Shown: piece after piece, positions 1 through 9,497 of the stretch
Numbering within the stretch: position 1 is the first letter of the stretch
Layout: the number at the start of each line of letters is the position of its first letter
Source of the DNA: an uncultured Acidobacteriota bacterium
GTDB lineage: Bacteria > Acidobacteriota > Vicinamibacteria > Vicinamibacterales > UBA8438
Reading direction: 5' to 3'
NCBI GenBank assembly: GCA_913043225.1
Contig: CAJWLU010000004.1
Location: 153,228 to 217,227 of the forward strand
DNA: 64,000 nucleotides
The notes under the pieces: model-generated
The model's input: only the letters and a program-made list of their open reading frames with translations
Told to the model about the DNA's origin: nothing
Database searches by the model: none
Made by a program: the position numbers and the translations under genes

Positions 1-540
1 TGTAAATCGGCCCTGGCCGAAGCCAACGGCGACGTTGAGCAAGCCATTACTATCCTGCGCAAGCGCGGGATTGCCAAGGCCGAAAAGCGGTCGGGCCGAA
101 GCACCAGCGAGGGCGTCGTCGGCAGCTACATCCACATGGGCGGCAAGGTCGGCGTGCTGGTCGAGGTGGGCTGCGAATCGGATTTCGTCGCACGCACTGA
201 CGAGTTCCAGCAACTTGTGCGCGAGATTGCCATGCACATCGCGGCCGCCAATCCCCAGGTCGTAACGCGAGACGAAGTGTCCGAAGCGGACGTCGAACGT
301 GAAAAGATCATCTTCCGCGCCCAATTCGAGAACTCGAACAAGCCAGCCGACGTGGTCGAAAAGATCGTCGAGGGCAAGATGAACAGTTACTACCAGCAGG
401 TAGTGCTGCTCGACCAGCCGTCGATTCGCGACCCGAAGACCTCCGTGCAGGATCTAGTCACTGCCGCCATCGCGAAGATGGGTGAGAACATCACCATCTC
501 GCGGTTCGCCCGCTTCAAGATCGGCGAATCGGACAGCTAG
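1..540 (+). CDS. tsf: Elongation factor Ts (5' end outside the window)
   Basis: Frame is open from base 1: CKSALAEANGDVEQAITILRKRG...GSYIHMGGKVGVLVEVGCESDFVAR; lies upstream of pyrH-frr. Confidence 0.97.
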   Translation, partial: CKSALAEANGDVEQAITILRKRGIAKAEKRSGRSTSEGVVGSYIHMGGKVGVLVEVGCESDFVARTDEFQQLVREIAMHIAAANPQVVTRDEVSEADVEREKIIFRAQFENSNKPADVVEKIVEGKMNSYYQQVVLLDQPSIRDPKTSVQDLVTAAIAKMGENITISRFARFKIGESDS

Positions 541-581
541 CCGGGGCCCGGGTCGACCACCGGGTATAATCCCCCCACTCG

Positions 582-1298
582 ATGGCTGACCCAGCCTACC
601 GTCGCGTTCTCTTGAAACTGTCTGGCGAAGCGCTCATGGGTGAGCGCTCGTTCGGCATCGATCCTGCCGTCGCGGATCAGATCGCCGACGAAGTGGTAGA
701 AGTGCGTCAGCTGGGCGTAGAGCTGGCCGTCGTGATCGGGGGCGGTAACATCTTTCGAGGCCTCGCTGGAAGCGCAAAGGGTATGGACCGGACGACGGCA
801 GACAACATGGGAATGTTGGCTACGGTCATGAACGCGCTGGCTCTCAGTGACGCGCTCGAACGACACGGTGCTAACACTCGGGTCCTGACCGCGATCGAGA
901 TGCGAACCGTCGCCGAACCATTCATCCGGCGCCGGGCGATTCGTCATCTCGAAAAAGGGCGATTGGTCTTGTTCGCGGCCGGCACGGGCAACCCCTACTT
1001 CACGACTGACACCGCTGCGGCACTGCGGGCTATGGAGATCCACGCGGACGTGATCATGAAGGCCACCAAGGTCGATGGGATCTACACCGCTGACCCACTA
1101 ACGGACCCGACTGCCACTCGTCTACCGTCGCTCTCTCACCTCGAAGTTCTGGAACGGCGACTGCACGTGATGGACGCCACCGCAATCTCCCTGTGCATGG
1201 ACAATCAGCTACCGATCGTGGTTTTCGATCTCACGACTCCCGGTAACGTGCGGCGCGCGATCATGGGTGAGCCGGTCGGCTCGATTGTCACGGCGTAG
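582..1298 (+). CDS. pyrH: UMP kinase
   Basis: [19 protein letters not shown] and [10 protein letters not shown] motifs. Confidence 0.98.
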   Translation: MADPAYRRVLLKLSGEALMGERSFGIDPAVADQIADEVVEVRQLGVELAVVIGGGNIFRGLAGSAKGMDRTTADNMGMLATVMNALALSDALERHGANTRVLTAIEMRTVAEPFIRRRAIRHLEKGRLVLFAAGTGNPYFTTDTAAALRAMEIHADVIMKATKVDGIYTADPLTDPTATRLPSLSHLEVLERRLHVMDATAISLCMDNQLPIVVFDLTTPGNVRRAIMGEPVGSIVTA

Positions 1299-1329
1299 GA
1301 CGCCGCGAGACGGATCAGAAAGGCACAAC

Positions 1330-1899
1330 ATGGACATTAGCAACGGCGCCAGTGCAATCGATGCGGCGCACAACGGGATGAAAGGGCAGGTAGAGCACGT
1401 CCGGCACGAGTTAACTGGCGTCCGGACCGGTCGCGCCTCCGTCGGTATCCTCGACTCAGTACGGGTCGAAGCATACGGCACACAGATGCCCCTCAATCAG
1501 GTAGCAACGCTGTCGGTCCCGGAACCAACCCTGATCGTGGCCAACCCGTTCGACCCCACCCAGATCGCCGCCATCGAACGCGCCATCCAGGGTGCGAACC
1601 TGGGACTGAACCCGGCCAACGATGGCAAGGTCGTGCGGATCCCGGTGCCGCCGCTGACCGATGAGAGGCGAAAAGAGCTCTCGCGCATCGTCCACAACCT
1701 CGCGGAGGACGGCCGCAACGGGATCCGAGGCGTCCGACGTACTGTCAACGAAGCGCTCAAAAAGCTCCTCAAGGACCACCAGCTCTCGGAGGACGACGAG
1801 CGTCGCGCGCTCGACGACGTACAGAAGGTCACCGACGAGCATATCGCCCAGATTGACGGACTACAGAAGGCCAAGGATTCGGAGCTTCTAGATCACTAA
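1330..1899 (+). CDS. frr: Ribosome recycling factor
   Basis: VRTGRAS, NPANDGKVVRIPVPPLTDERRKEL; start moved to ATG 1330. Confidence 0.97.
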   Translation: MDISNGASAIDAAHNGMKGQVEHVRHELTGVRTGRASVGILDSVRVEAYGTQMPLNQVATLSVPEPTLIVANPFDPTQIAAIERAIQGANLGLNPANDGKVVRIPVPPLTDERRKELSRIVHNLAEDGRNGIRGVRRTVNEALKKLLKDHQLSEDDERRALDDVQKVTDEHIAQIDGLQKAKDSELLDH

Positions 1900-1953
1900 A
1901 CATTGGGCTCTCGGCGGCGCGAGTCGTGCCAGCCGATGCAGCTCTCCTAGCGC

Positions 1954-3135
1954 GTGACTCTCCACTTTCGGCTCGAGTGCTCGGTGCCGTGCGGCGCCGG
2001 ACCGTTTGATGCGAACGAAATTCACCATCTGTGTAGCTGCGGCCGTCCACTACTCGCTCGCTACAACTGGGAATATATCGAGCGCCAGTGGTCGAAGGAT
2101 GCGCCCACGCATGGCGTGCGCTCGATGTGGCGCTATGCACCGGTGCTACCGATTGCCGAGGGCGTGCCCCCCGTCACTCTCGGGGAAGGCTGGACCCCGC
2201 TCTTCCATGCCCGGCGCCTGGGGGCGGACCTAGGACTATCACGGCTGTATGTGAAAGACGAGGCTCTGAACCCCACCAACTCGTTCAAGGCTCGGGGCAT
2301 GTCAGCCGCCGTCACGCGGGCTCGTGATCTCGGAGCTACAACGCTGTCTGCGCCGTCGGCCGGCAACGCCGCCTGCGCCCTAGCCGCCTACAGCGCTGCC
2401 GCCGGTCTCACCAGTAAGGTTTTCATGCCACGCGACGTGAAATTGCCTTTCATCCACGAATGCCGGCTCCACGGAGCGGAGGTGACGCTTGTGGATGGTC
2501 TCATCACCGATGCGGGACGGATCGCGGCCGAGCACGGCCGACCGCTCGGCTGGTATGACGTCTCTACGCTCAAAGAACCGTTCCGGACCGAAGGCAAGAA
2601 AACGATGGGCTACGAGATCGCCGAACAGCTCGGCTGGACCTGGCCTCACTGGATCATTTATCCCACCGGCGGTGGCACCGGCATCGTAGGCATCTGGAAG
2701 GCGTGTGAAGAGCTGGAGCGCTTGGGTTGGGTCAGCGGTCCACGCCCCCGGCTGGTCTCGGTACAGGCCACCGGATGCGCGCCCATCGTCCGTGCGTTCG
2801 ATCGGGGCACTGAGACAGCAGAGCCCTGGGCCGATGCCACCACTGTCGCCGACGGCCTCCGTGTACCCGCCGCAGTTGGCGACATGCTCGTGCTCAGGGC
2901 ACTGCGCGAGAGTGGCGGCAGCGCGCTCGCGGTGACCGACGAGGAGATGGTCACCGGAATGCGGGCCCTCGGACAGCGCGAGGGAATCGGAGCCGCGCCG
3001 GAGGGAGGCGCTACGGTCGCGGCCCTTCGACACCTGCGAAACGTCGGCACCATCGGCGACGACGACCGCGTTGTGCTGCTCAACACCGGTGGTTCTCTGA
3101 AGTACCTCGACGTCCTGGAAGCACCGTCGTCCTAG
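1954..3135 (+). CDS. thrC: Threonine synthase-family PLP enzyme (paralog 1)
   Basis: TLGEGWTPL, NPTNSFKARG (PLP lysine), EGKKTMGYEI, YPTGGGTG. Confidence 0.8.
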   Translation: MTLHFRLECSVPCGAGPFDANEIHHLCSCGRPLLARYNWEYIERQWSKDAPTHGVRSMWRYAPVLPIAEGVPPVTLGEGWTPLFHARRLGADLGLSRLYVKDEALNPTNSFKARGMSAAVTRARDLGATTLSAPSAGNAACALAAYSAAAGLTSKVFMPRDVKLPFIHECRLHGAEVTLVDGLITDAGRIAAEHGRPLGWYDVSTLKEPFRTEGKKTMGYEIAEQLGWTWPHWIIYPTGGGTGIVGIWKACEELERLGWVSGPRPRLVSVQATGCAPIVRAFDRGTETAEPWADATTVADGLRVPAAVGDMLVLRALRESGGSALAVTDEEMVTGMRALGQREGIGAAPEGGATVAALRHLRNVGTIGDDDRVVLLNTGGSLKYLDVLEAPSS

Positions 3136-3245
3136 CGAGCCAGGCACGCTCCACCCCCACTCGATTGCGGCCTCCGACCGGTGGCGTGTAAAATCGGCGA
3201 CTGCGTGCCCAGCTCAGAACCTGGGCCCTGTACACCCTTCCCCGG

Positions 3246-3321
<76 letters not shown>

Positions 3322-3803
3322 TCCATCGATCTGCTCCCCGTCACTAGGCGTCTTCGGTCGTTGCCACCAGCCCAAGTCGTCTGAGCCGAAACCTCGCCAT
3401 CATCCGGATAGCGTGGCGCGTCCGCTCACGGGCCTGCCCGGGCAGGCTTTCCCTCCGCTCCTAAGTGGACCAGTCTCATCTGACGGCTTCATTCATGACC
3501 CCCGCCGAGAAACGCTGGCAGGGTAACGGTGACAGGATGCGTGCGCCGACCGCATGCCCGTCTCGTTTCAGCGTGCTCGAACGGATTCATCGTCGAATCC
3601 GTCCATAAACAACCGCCCGGCAACCGCCTCTCATTACATTGAACTAGCCGGCAGCACCCACCTCAGACCAGGCCTCGCGGCCAGGTCGGCGACCCGGTCA
3701 ACGGAACTGAAACTCCTATCAACCGGCAGCGATACGCTCAACTCCAACCGCCGAGAGGAACGCCACTGGCGGAACAGTCGGCTCGACTGCGGTATAAAGA
3801 GGA

Positions 3804-5132
3804 ATGGCTTATCGCGCGGTGTTTCGCTGTATCGCCGGGTGTCCCGGCGAACACTCCCTCTGGACTCCAATCTACCGCTGTCCGACCTGTGGCGATCTGC
3901 TCGAGGTGTGTCACGACCTCGGCGCCCTGAAGGATCGCTCCGCCATTGCCTGGATGCGGCTGTTTGACGAGCGCTACAAGCGCACCACCTGGCCCTACGG
4001 CTCGTCGGTTTGGGGCAAGAAGGAATGGGTCTGCCCCGATGTCCGAGACGAGGCAGTGGTGTCGATGGATGAGGGGGGCTCCAACCTCTTCTGGGCAGAG
4101 CGGTTCGGGCGCGATCTCGGAATGCAGGACCTGTGGGTCAAGCTGTGTGGGAACTCTCACACCGGCTCGTTCAAGGACCTCGGGATGACCGTCCTGGTGT
4201 CGGTTGTGCGTCAGATCATCCAGGACGGCGGAAACATTCGCGCCGTTGCCTGCGCCTCAACCGGCGACACGTCGGCTTCACTCGCCGCCTACGCGGCCGC
4301 CGGTGACATCCCGGCCATCGTACTGCTCCCCCGCGGAAAGGTATCGACCGCCCAGTTGCTCCAGCCAGTCGCCAACGGCGCGCTCGTTCTCGCGCTCGAC
4401 ACGGACTTCGACGGGTGCATGGCGATAGTGCAGCGGTTAAGCCAGGACGACGGTATCTATCTAGCCAACTCGATGAACAGCCTCAGACTCGAGGGCCAGA
4501 AGACGGTGGCCGTCGAGATCGTACAGCAGCTCGACTGGCAAATTCCGGACGTGGTGATCATCCCGGGCGGCAATCTCGGAAACGTTAGTGCACTCGGCGC
4601 GGGGTTCGAGCTGATGGCCGAGCTGGGATTGATCGATAAGCAGCCCCAAATCGTCGTCGCACAGGCTGCAGCCGCCAACCCGCTGTATCTCGCCTACACC
4701 CGAGGCTGGGAGTTCGAGGCAGTGGCGGCCCAACCAACCCAAGCCTCCGCCATCCAGATCGGGAACCCGGTGTCGGTCCAGAAGGCGATCCGCACCCTCA
4801 AGCGCCATCACGGCATCGTGGAGCAGGCTACCGAGGCCGAGCTTGCCGAAGCCTCGGCGCGCGCCGACCGCACCGGGATGTACAACTGCCCTCATACAGG
4901 GGTCGCACTAGCGGCATTGATCAAGCTGCGTGAACGGGGCCTGATTGACGCCTCGTCACGCGTGGTCGTGGTCTCGACGGCCAGCGGGCTGAAGTTCACT
5001 GACTTCAAGCTGGGCTATCACGAGGACGGCCTGCCTGGCGTGACGCCCGAGCACGCGAACACCCCCGTCGAGCTTCCCAACGACTACGACTCGGTGCGAA
5101 AGGCCATTGACCAGCACGCCGGCGCGCACTAG
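3804..5132 (+). CDS. thrC: Threonine synthase (paralog 2, plant-like subfamily)
   Basis: [53 protein letters not shown]. Confidence 0.9.
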   Translation: MAYRAVFRCIAGCPGEHSLWTPIYRCPTCGDLLEVCHDLGALKDRSAIAWMRLFDERYKRTTWPYGSSVWGKKEWVCPDVRDEAVVSMDEGGSNLFWAERFGRDLGMQDLWVKLCGNSHTGSFKDLGMTVLVSVVRQIIQDGGNIRAVACASTGDTSASLAAYAAAGDIPAIVLLPRGKVSTAQLLQPVANGALVLALDTDFDGCMAIVQRLSQDDGIYLANSMNSLRLEGQKTVAVEIVQQLDWQIPDVVIIPGGNLGNVSALGAGFELMAELGLIDKQPQIVVAQAAAANPLYLAYTRGWEFEAVAAQPTQASAIQIGNPVSVQKAIRTLKRHHGIVEQATEAELAEASARADRTGMYNCPHTGVALAALIKLRERGLIDASSRVVVVSTASGLKFTDFKLGYHEDGLPGVTPEHANTPVELPNDYDSVRKAIDQHAGAH

Positions 5133-6287
5133 CCGAGAAACATCTCGTAGGCGGGATTTCTGCCTTGCAACTCGAAGCGGTAGCCCAGCTGATCGAGGAA
5201 GGCCTGGAATGCATCCTCGTCCTCGTGGGACACCTCAAACGCGGCCAGCACGCGGCCGAAGTCGGCCCCATGGTTGCAGAGCAGAATACCCGGAAGGCGC
5301 CAGGACGCTGCCGGAATGGTCACCCCGAAGACCGCCTCTCGCGCCTCCCCTAACTCGGCCCGCTCGCGCAGCCGGTCGAAGTTCATGTTGGCGCCGCTCA
5401 GCACCGCCACCAGCCGCTCAACCGGCGTCTCCAAGTCGGCCGCCCAGCGCTTCATCCCGGCGACCGAGAGCGCCCCAGCAGGTTCCATGACAGCAGGGGT
5501 GTCATCGTAAATATCTTTGATGGCGGCGCAGATCTCATCGTTGGTCACCCGCACCACTAAATCGACCCTATCGCGCGCCACCTCAAACGCGGTGGCGCCC
5601 ACCTGCTCGAGCTCGACGCGCCGCCCTTCCTCCAAAGAGCGGTAGAGGGCGTCCGCGTCCATCGACTCCACCCCGATCACGAGCACTTCCGGCATCAACG
5701 CCTTGACGTAGGCGGCGATCCCCCCGATTAGCCCTCCCCCACCGACTGGCACGAACACCGCGTCGAGTCGCCCGTGGCACTGACGTCGAATCTCGTCCGC
5801 GATGGTCCCCTGCCCTGCCATGACCAGGGGATCGTCGAAGGGATGCACCGGGACCCGACCCTCCTTGGCCGCCCGCTCTTCCGCGCGACGCTCAGCCGCG
5901 GCATAGTCGTCGCCGGCCAGCTCTACTGTGACGCCGAAAGGTCTCACCGCCTCCACCTTGATGCGTGGGGTCGTTCGAGGCATCACGACCACGGCCGGCC
6001 CGCGCCGAGAACGCAACCCCCTGGGCATGATTGCCCGCGCTCGCACAGATCACGCCACGGGCACGTTCGGCATCCGTCAAATGGGCGATCCGGTTGTAGG
6101 CGCCCCGAAGCTTGAAGCTGAATACTGGCTGGAGATCCTCACGCTTGAGCAGGACCTCCGCTCTCAGCCGGGACGACAGCCCCGGTGCGACATCGAGAGG
6201 CGTCTCCCGCGCCACATCGTAGACCCGGCTACGTAGGATGTCTCGAAGAAGCCGTTCGACAGGGTCTTCTGACGACGGGAACGGCAT
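5129..6287 (-). pseudogene. ilvA: Biosynthetic threonine deaminase, disrupted
   Basis: [18 protein letters not shown] and SAGNHAQG in one frame; frameshift near 6000; internal deletions; most of the regulatory domain is missing. Confidence 0.9.
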
Positions 6288-6323
6288 CGGAGCTTCATGT
6301 TATGATCGGGCCGAGACACTCTT

Positions 6324-6548
6324 ATGCCGATCTACGAGTATCGGTGTCGCGACTGCGACCACGACTTTGAGGCTCTGGTGCGAGGCCGCCGGATGCCGGT
6401 GTGTCCAGCCTGCGACAGCGACGCCCTGCATAGGCGTCAGTCGGCGTTCGCCGTCGGCGGGACCTCGATTACTGTACCGGCCCACACGGGCGGATCCTGT
6501 GGCACTTGCGGGGACCCGCGCGGCCCGGGTGCCTGTTCGATCAACTGA
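6324..6548 (+). CDS. FmdB-family zinc-ribbon protein
   Basis: MPIYEYRCRDCDHDFE...CPACDS and a Cys-rich tail. Confidence 0.9.
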   Translation: MPIYEYRCRDCDHDFEALVRGRRMPVCPACDSDALHRRQSAFAVGGTSITVPAHTGGSCGTCGDPRGPGACSIN

Positions 6549-6595
6549 CGGAACCGGGCTCGTCGTACCCGCCGTTCCGAGAGGATATTCACCAG

Positions 6596-6970
6596 ATGTC
6601 GGTGCCGCGAATTTCCAAGGAAGACCTCAAGGACCTACTCGAGGGGGACACCCCCAACGCCCCGGTCATCCTCGATGCCCGGCTCAAGTACCCCTACGAG
6701 CACAGCACTGTGACCCTACCCGGAGCCGTTCGTATCGACCCCGACGCGCTGGATGCCTCTGGGTTGTCGACCGATCGCGATATCGTGGCCTACGATTCCG
6801 ACCCGGAAGAGTTGGTTAGCGCCCGCGTCGCCTCGGCTCTGATCCGGCAGGGCTATCGAGCCAGCGCGCTAGCCGGTGGCCTCCCCGAGTGGACTACAGC
6901 TAAGTTCCCTATCGACGAGAAGGACGCGCCCAAGCAGGCCCCACCAAAGGCTGGCGGCCTGAAGGGCTGA
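6596..6970 (+). CDS. Rhodanese-like domain protein lacking the catalytic Cys
   Basis: VILDAR, LPGAVRI, ALAGGLPEW; active-site loop reads AYDSDPEE; GAGGA RBS upstream. Confidence 0.85.
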   Translation: MSVPRISKEDLKDLLEGDTPNAPVILDARLKYPYEHSTVTLPGAVRIDPDALDASGLSTDRDIVAYDSDPEELVSARVASALIRQGYRASALAGGLPEWTTAKFPIDEKDAPKQAPPKAGGLKG

Positions 6971-7024
6971 CCGAGACAGAGTCCGGCCCACTCCACCAAA
7001 ACCAGCGCCGGACGAGGCGCCGTA

Positions 7025-7720
7025 ATGTTTGCCGCGACCGCTCCTTGGTCGATCTCTCTCGCGCTGTTCCTCGGGTGGCTGACGCCTGCATTCGTAACTG
7101 CCCAGGCCAGCGACCGAACGGCCGCTCAGGTCCAAGCCGATCTCGAAACACGAAACGCGCTGGTCGTGGACTTCACCGCCGACTTCGTCCAGACCTATGA
7201 AGGCGGCATGCTTCGAAGCCGTCTCGTCGAACGCGGTACGGTGCGAATCAAACGACCAGGGTTGATGCGCTGGGACTACCTTGACCCCGAACCCAAGGTC
7301 TATCTAGCCGACGGCGAACAGTTCTATTCCTATCTGGAGCTCGATGCTCAGGTCATCGTGGGCGCCATGCCGTCACTCGACGAAGCGGCCACGGCAATGC
7401 AGTTCCTGGCCGGTGCCGGGAGCATCGTGGACGACTTCACAGCTGCCTTCGACGCCGTGGACAACCAGCCAGCGAATACTATCGCGCTCCGGCTGGACCC
7501 AATCCGGAGCGAGCGCGACTTCGAATTTCTCGTGGTCGTTCTCGACCAGGACACGCTAGCGATCCGCCAGCTCGTGGCCCACGACTTCGGAGGCGGCGTT
7601 TCAATTTATCAGTTCGCGAATCTGCAGGAGAACACCGGATTGACCGATAGTCCATTCAGATTTGACGTCCCGGCTGGAACCAATGTCATTGCAATTAATG
7701 AAACAAGCGCCGCGCGCTAG
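7025..7720 (+). CDS. lolA: LolA-family outer-membrane lipoprotein carrier
   Basis: Signal peptide; FTADFVQ, GTVRIKRPGLMRWDY, FRFDVPAG. Confidence 0.88.
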   Translation: MFAATAPWSISLALFLGWLTPAFVTAQASDRTAAQVQADLETRNALVVDFTADFVQTYEGGMLRSRLVERGTVRIKRPGLMRWDYLDPEPKVYLADGEQFYSYLELDAQVIVGAMPSLDEAATAMQFLAGAGSIVDDFTAAFDAVDNQPANTIALRLDPIRSERDFEFLVVVLDQDTLAIRQLVAHDFGGGVSIYQFANLQENTGLTDSPFRFDVPAGTNVIAINETSAAR

Positions 7721-9494
7721 CGCTCTCCTAGCGTGCCTCCTGATCGGCGCATGCGCCTCTGGGGCCCGCGACCGGGCACAGCTGGCCGAACGGGCTGAAG
7801 ATTTCGACCGAGCCGTGGTCGAATACACCCGCGCGCTGCAGGAACGCCCGGACGATCCGTCCCTTCGTCGCGACCTTGAACGGGCGAAGCTCCGCGCGGC
7901 GCAGCAACACTACGCCGAGGGGAGACGGCACGCTGGCCTTGGCAACTATGACGAAGCGCTCGTCGAGTATCAAATCGCGGCGGAGATGAACCCGCTGAGC
8001 GGTGAGATCCAGGACGCCGTACGCGACACCCGTCGCGCTGTGCAAACAAGACTGAAAGCCCGGGCAGACGGCCAGACCGAGCTCGAAGCCCTAGTCGAAC
8101 GTACCCGCGCCCTTCCACCAAGTGGACTGGAGCTACCCGAGGACACGCTCCCGGAGTCGCTGGTCTTTCGCGATGCGAGCAGTCGAGATGTTTTCTCGGC
8201 TCTGGGACAATTTGCCGGAGTCAACGTCGTCTTCGATCCGACATTCAGTAACGAGGCGCTCTCAATCGACCTCCGCGGCAGCACCCTGACGGCGGCACTG
8301 ACCGCGGTCGCCGCCTCCACAAGGAATTTCTACCGGGTCACTGCCCCGCAGACCGTGACGGTGATCCCCGACACGCCAGCGAAGCGGCGAGAATACGAAG
8401 AAGAGGTCGTCCAGACTTTCTACCTCAGTAACGCCGACGTCGCGGAGACGATTGACATGCTACGGCTGGTCATCGACCTGCGGCGCCTCGCGCCCATGAC
8501 CGCCACCCGCGCCATCTCGATCAAGGACACCCCACAGCGGCTGGCGGCCGCGGGGCGTCTAATCGCCGCGATCGACAAGGCGCGTCCAGAGGTGGTCATC
8601 GACGTTGAGCTGCTTGAGGTCGACCGCCAACGCCTCCGCGAGTACGGGCTACAGTTCGCCAGCACGGGCTCGCCCGGTATCGATGGCTTCGCCACGCTGG
8701 ACCAGACCAACCTCACTCTCGATGCTCTCGGGTCGCTAACCAGGGCCGATGTGTTCGTCGCGAACCTGCCTGGGCTTTTCTACCGACTGCTGAAACGTGA
8801 CGCCAACACCCGAACGCTGGCGAATCCACACCTGCGTACTTCTGAGGGCACGGCGGCGACCGCCCGATTCGGGCAGCGCGTCCCGGTACCCGTCACCACC
8901 TTCGCCCCATTCGCGACCGGGGGAATCCAGCAGCAGCCGATCACGTCGTTCAACTACGAGAATATCGGCGTCAACATCGATATCACGCCCTTCACGCACC
9001 ACAACGATGACGTGTCGCTCGACCTGGCCATCGAGGTGCAGAGCGTGTCTGGCACCGGCTTTGGCGACCTGCCGACGTTCGGTAATCGCTCGATCACCAC
9101 CTCGATCAGACTACGTGACGGCGAGACGAACATCCTGGCCGGCCTAATTCGAGACGATGAACGCGAGGTAATGGAAGGGATACCTGGACTGAGCGACCTT
9201 CCGATCATCGGCCGGCTCTTCGCCCGCAGTCAGCAGGAAATTCAGGAGACGGATATCATCGTCACCCTCACGCCTCGCATCATCCGCGTGCTTGACCTCG
9301 ACGAGTCTGATCTGCGCGCCTTCCGGGTAGAGCGCGACAGTGGGGCGGGGCTCGACATCAACGCTCCCTTACCCGCCTCGGCGGTGCCTGGCGCCATGCG
9401 GCCTGGCAGCCCAGCCGCGCCCCCGGGCGCTGGCGGCGCCGGACCCATCCGCGCCCTTCCGCTTCCTTCCGCTCCCCCGCTCGATCGGCGATAG
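7698..9494 (+). CDS. TPR-containing lipoprotein secretin (GspD/PilQ-like)
   Basis: Lipobox LIGAC; TPR-like repeats; VQTFYLSNA N-domain; secretin motifs LANPHLRT, LRDGETNILAGLI, IPGLSDLPIIGRLF. Confidence 0.88.
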   Translation: MKQAPRASALLACLLIGACASGARDRAQLAERAEDFDRAVVEYTRALQERPDDPSLRRDLERAKLRAAQQHYAEGRRHAGLGNYDEALVEYQIAAEMNPLSGEIQDAVRDTRRAVQTRLKARADGQTELEALVERTRALPPSGLELPEDTLPESLVFRDASSRDVFSALGQFAGVNVVFDPTFSNEALSIDLRGSTLTAALTAVAASTRNFYRVTAPQTVTVIPDTPAKRREYEEEVVQTFYLSNADVAETIDMLRLVIDLRRLAPMTATRAISIKDTPQRLAAAGRLIAAIDKARPEVVIDVELLEVDRQRLREYGLQFASTGSPGIDGFATLDQTNLTLDALGSLTRADVFVANLPGLFYRLLKRDANTRTLANPHLRTSEGTAATARFGQRVPVPVTTFAPFATGGIQQQPITSFNYENIGVNIDITPFTHHNDDVSLDLAIEVQSVSGTGFGDLPTFGNRSITTSIRLRDGETNILAGLIRDDEREVMEGIPGLSDLPIIGRLFARSQQEIQETDIIVTLTPRIIRVLDLDESDLRAFRVERDSGAGLDINAPLPASAVPGAMRPGSPAAPPGAGGAGPIRALPLPSAPPLDRR

Positions 9495-9497
9495 GAG

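Noticed and set aside
3322..3803. T-box, SAM-I or lysine riboswitch before thrC
   Set aside because: Conserved core motifs were not found by eye; kept only as an unassigned structured region
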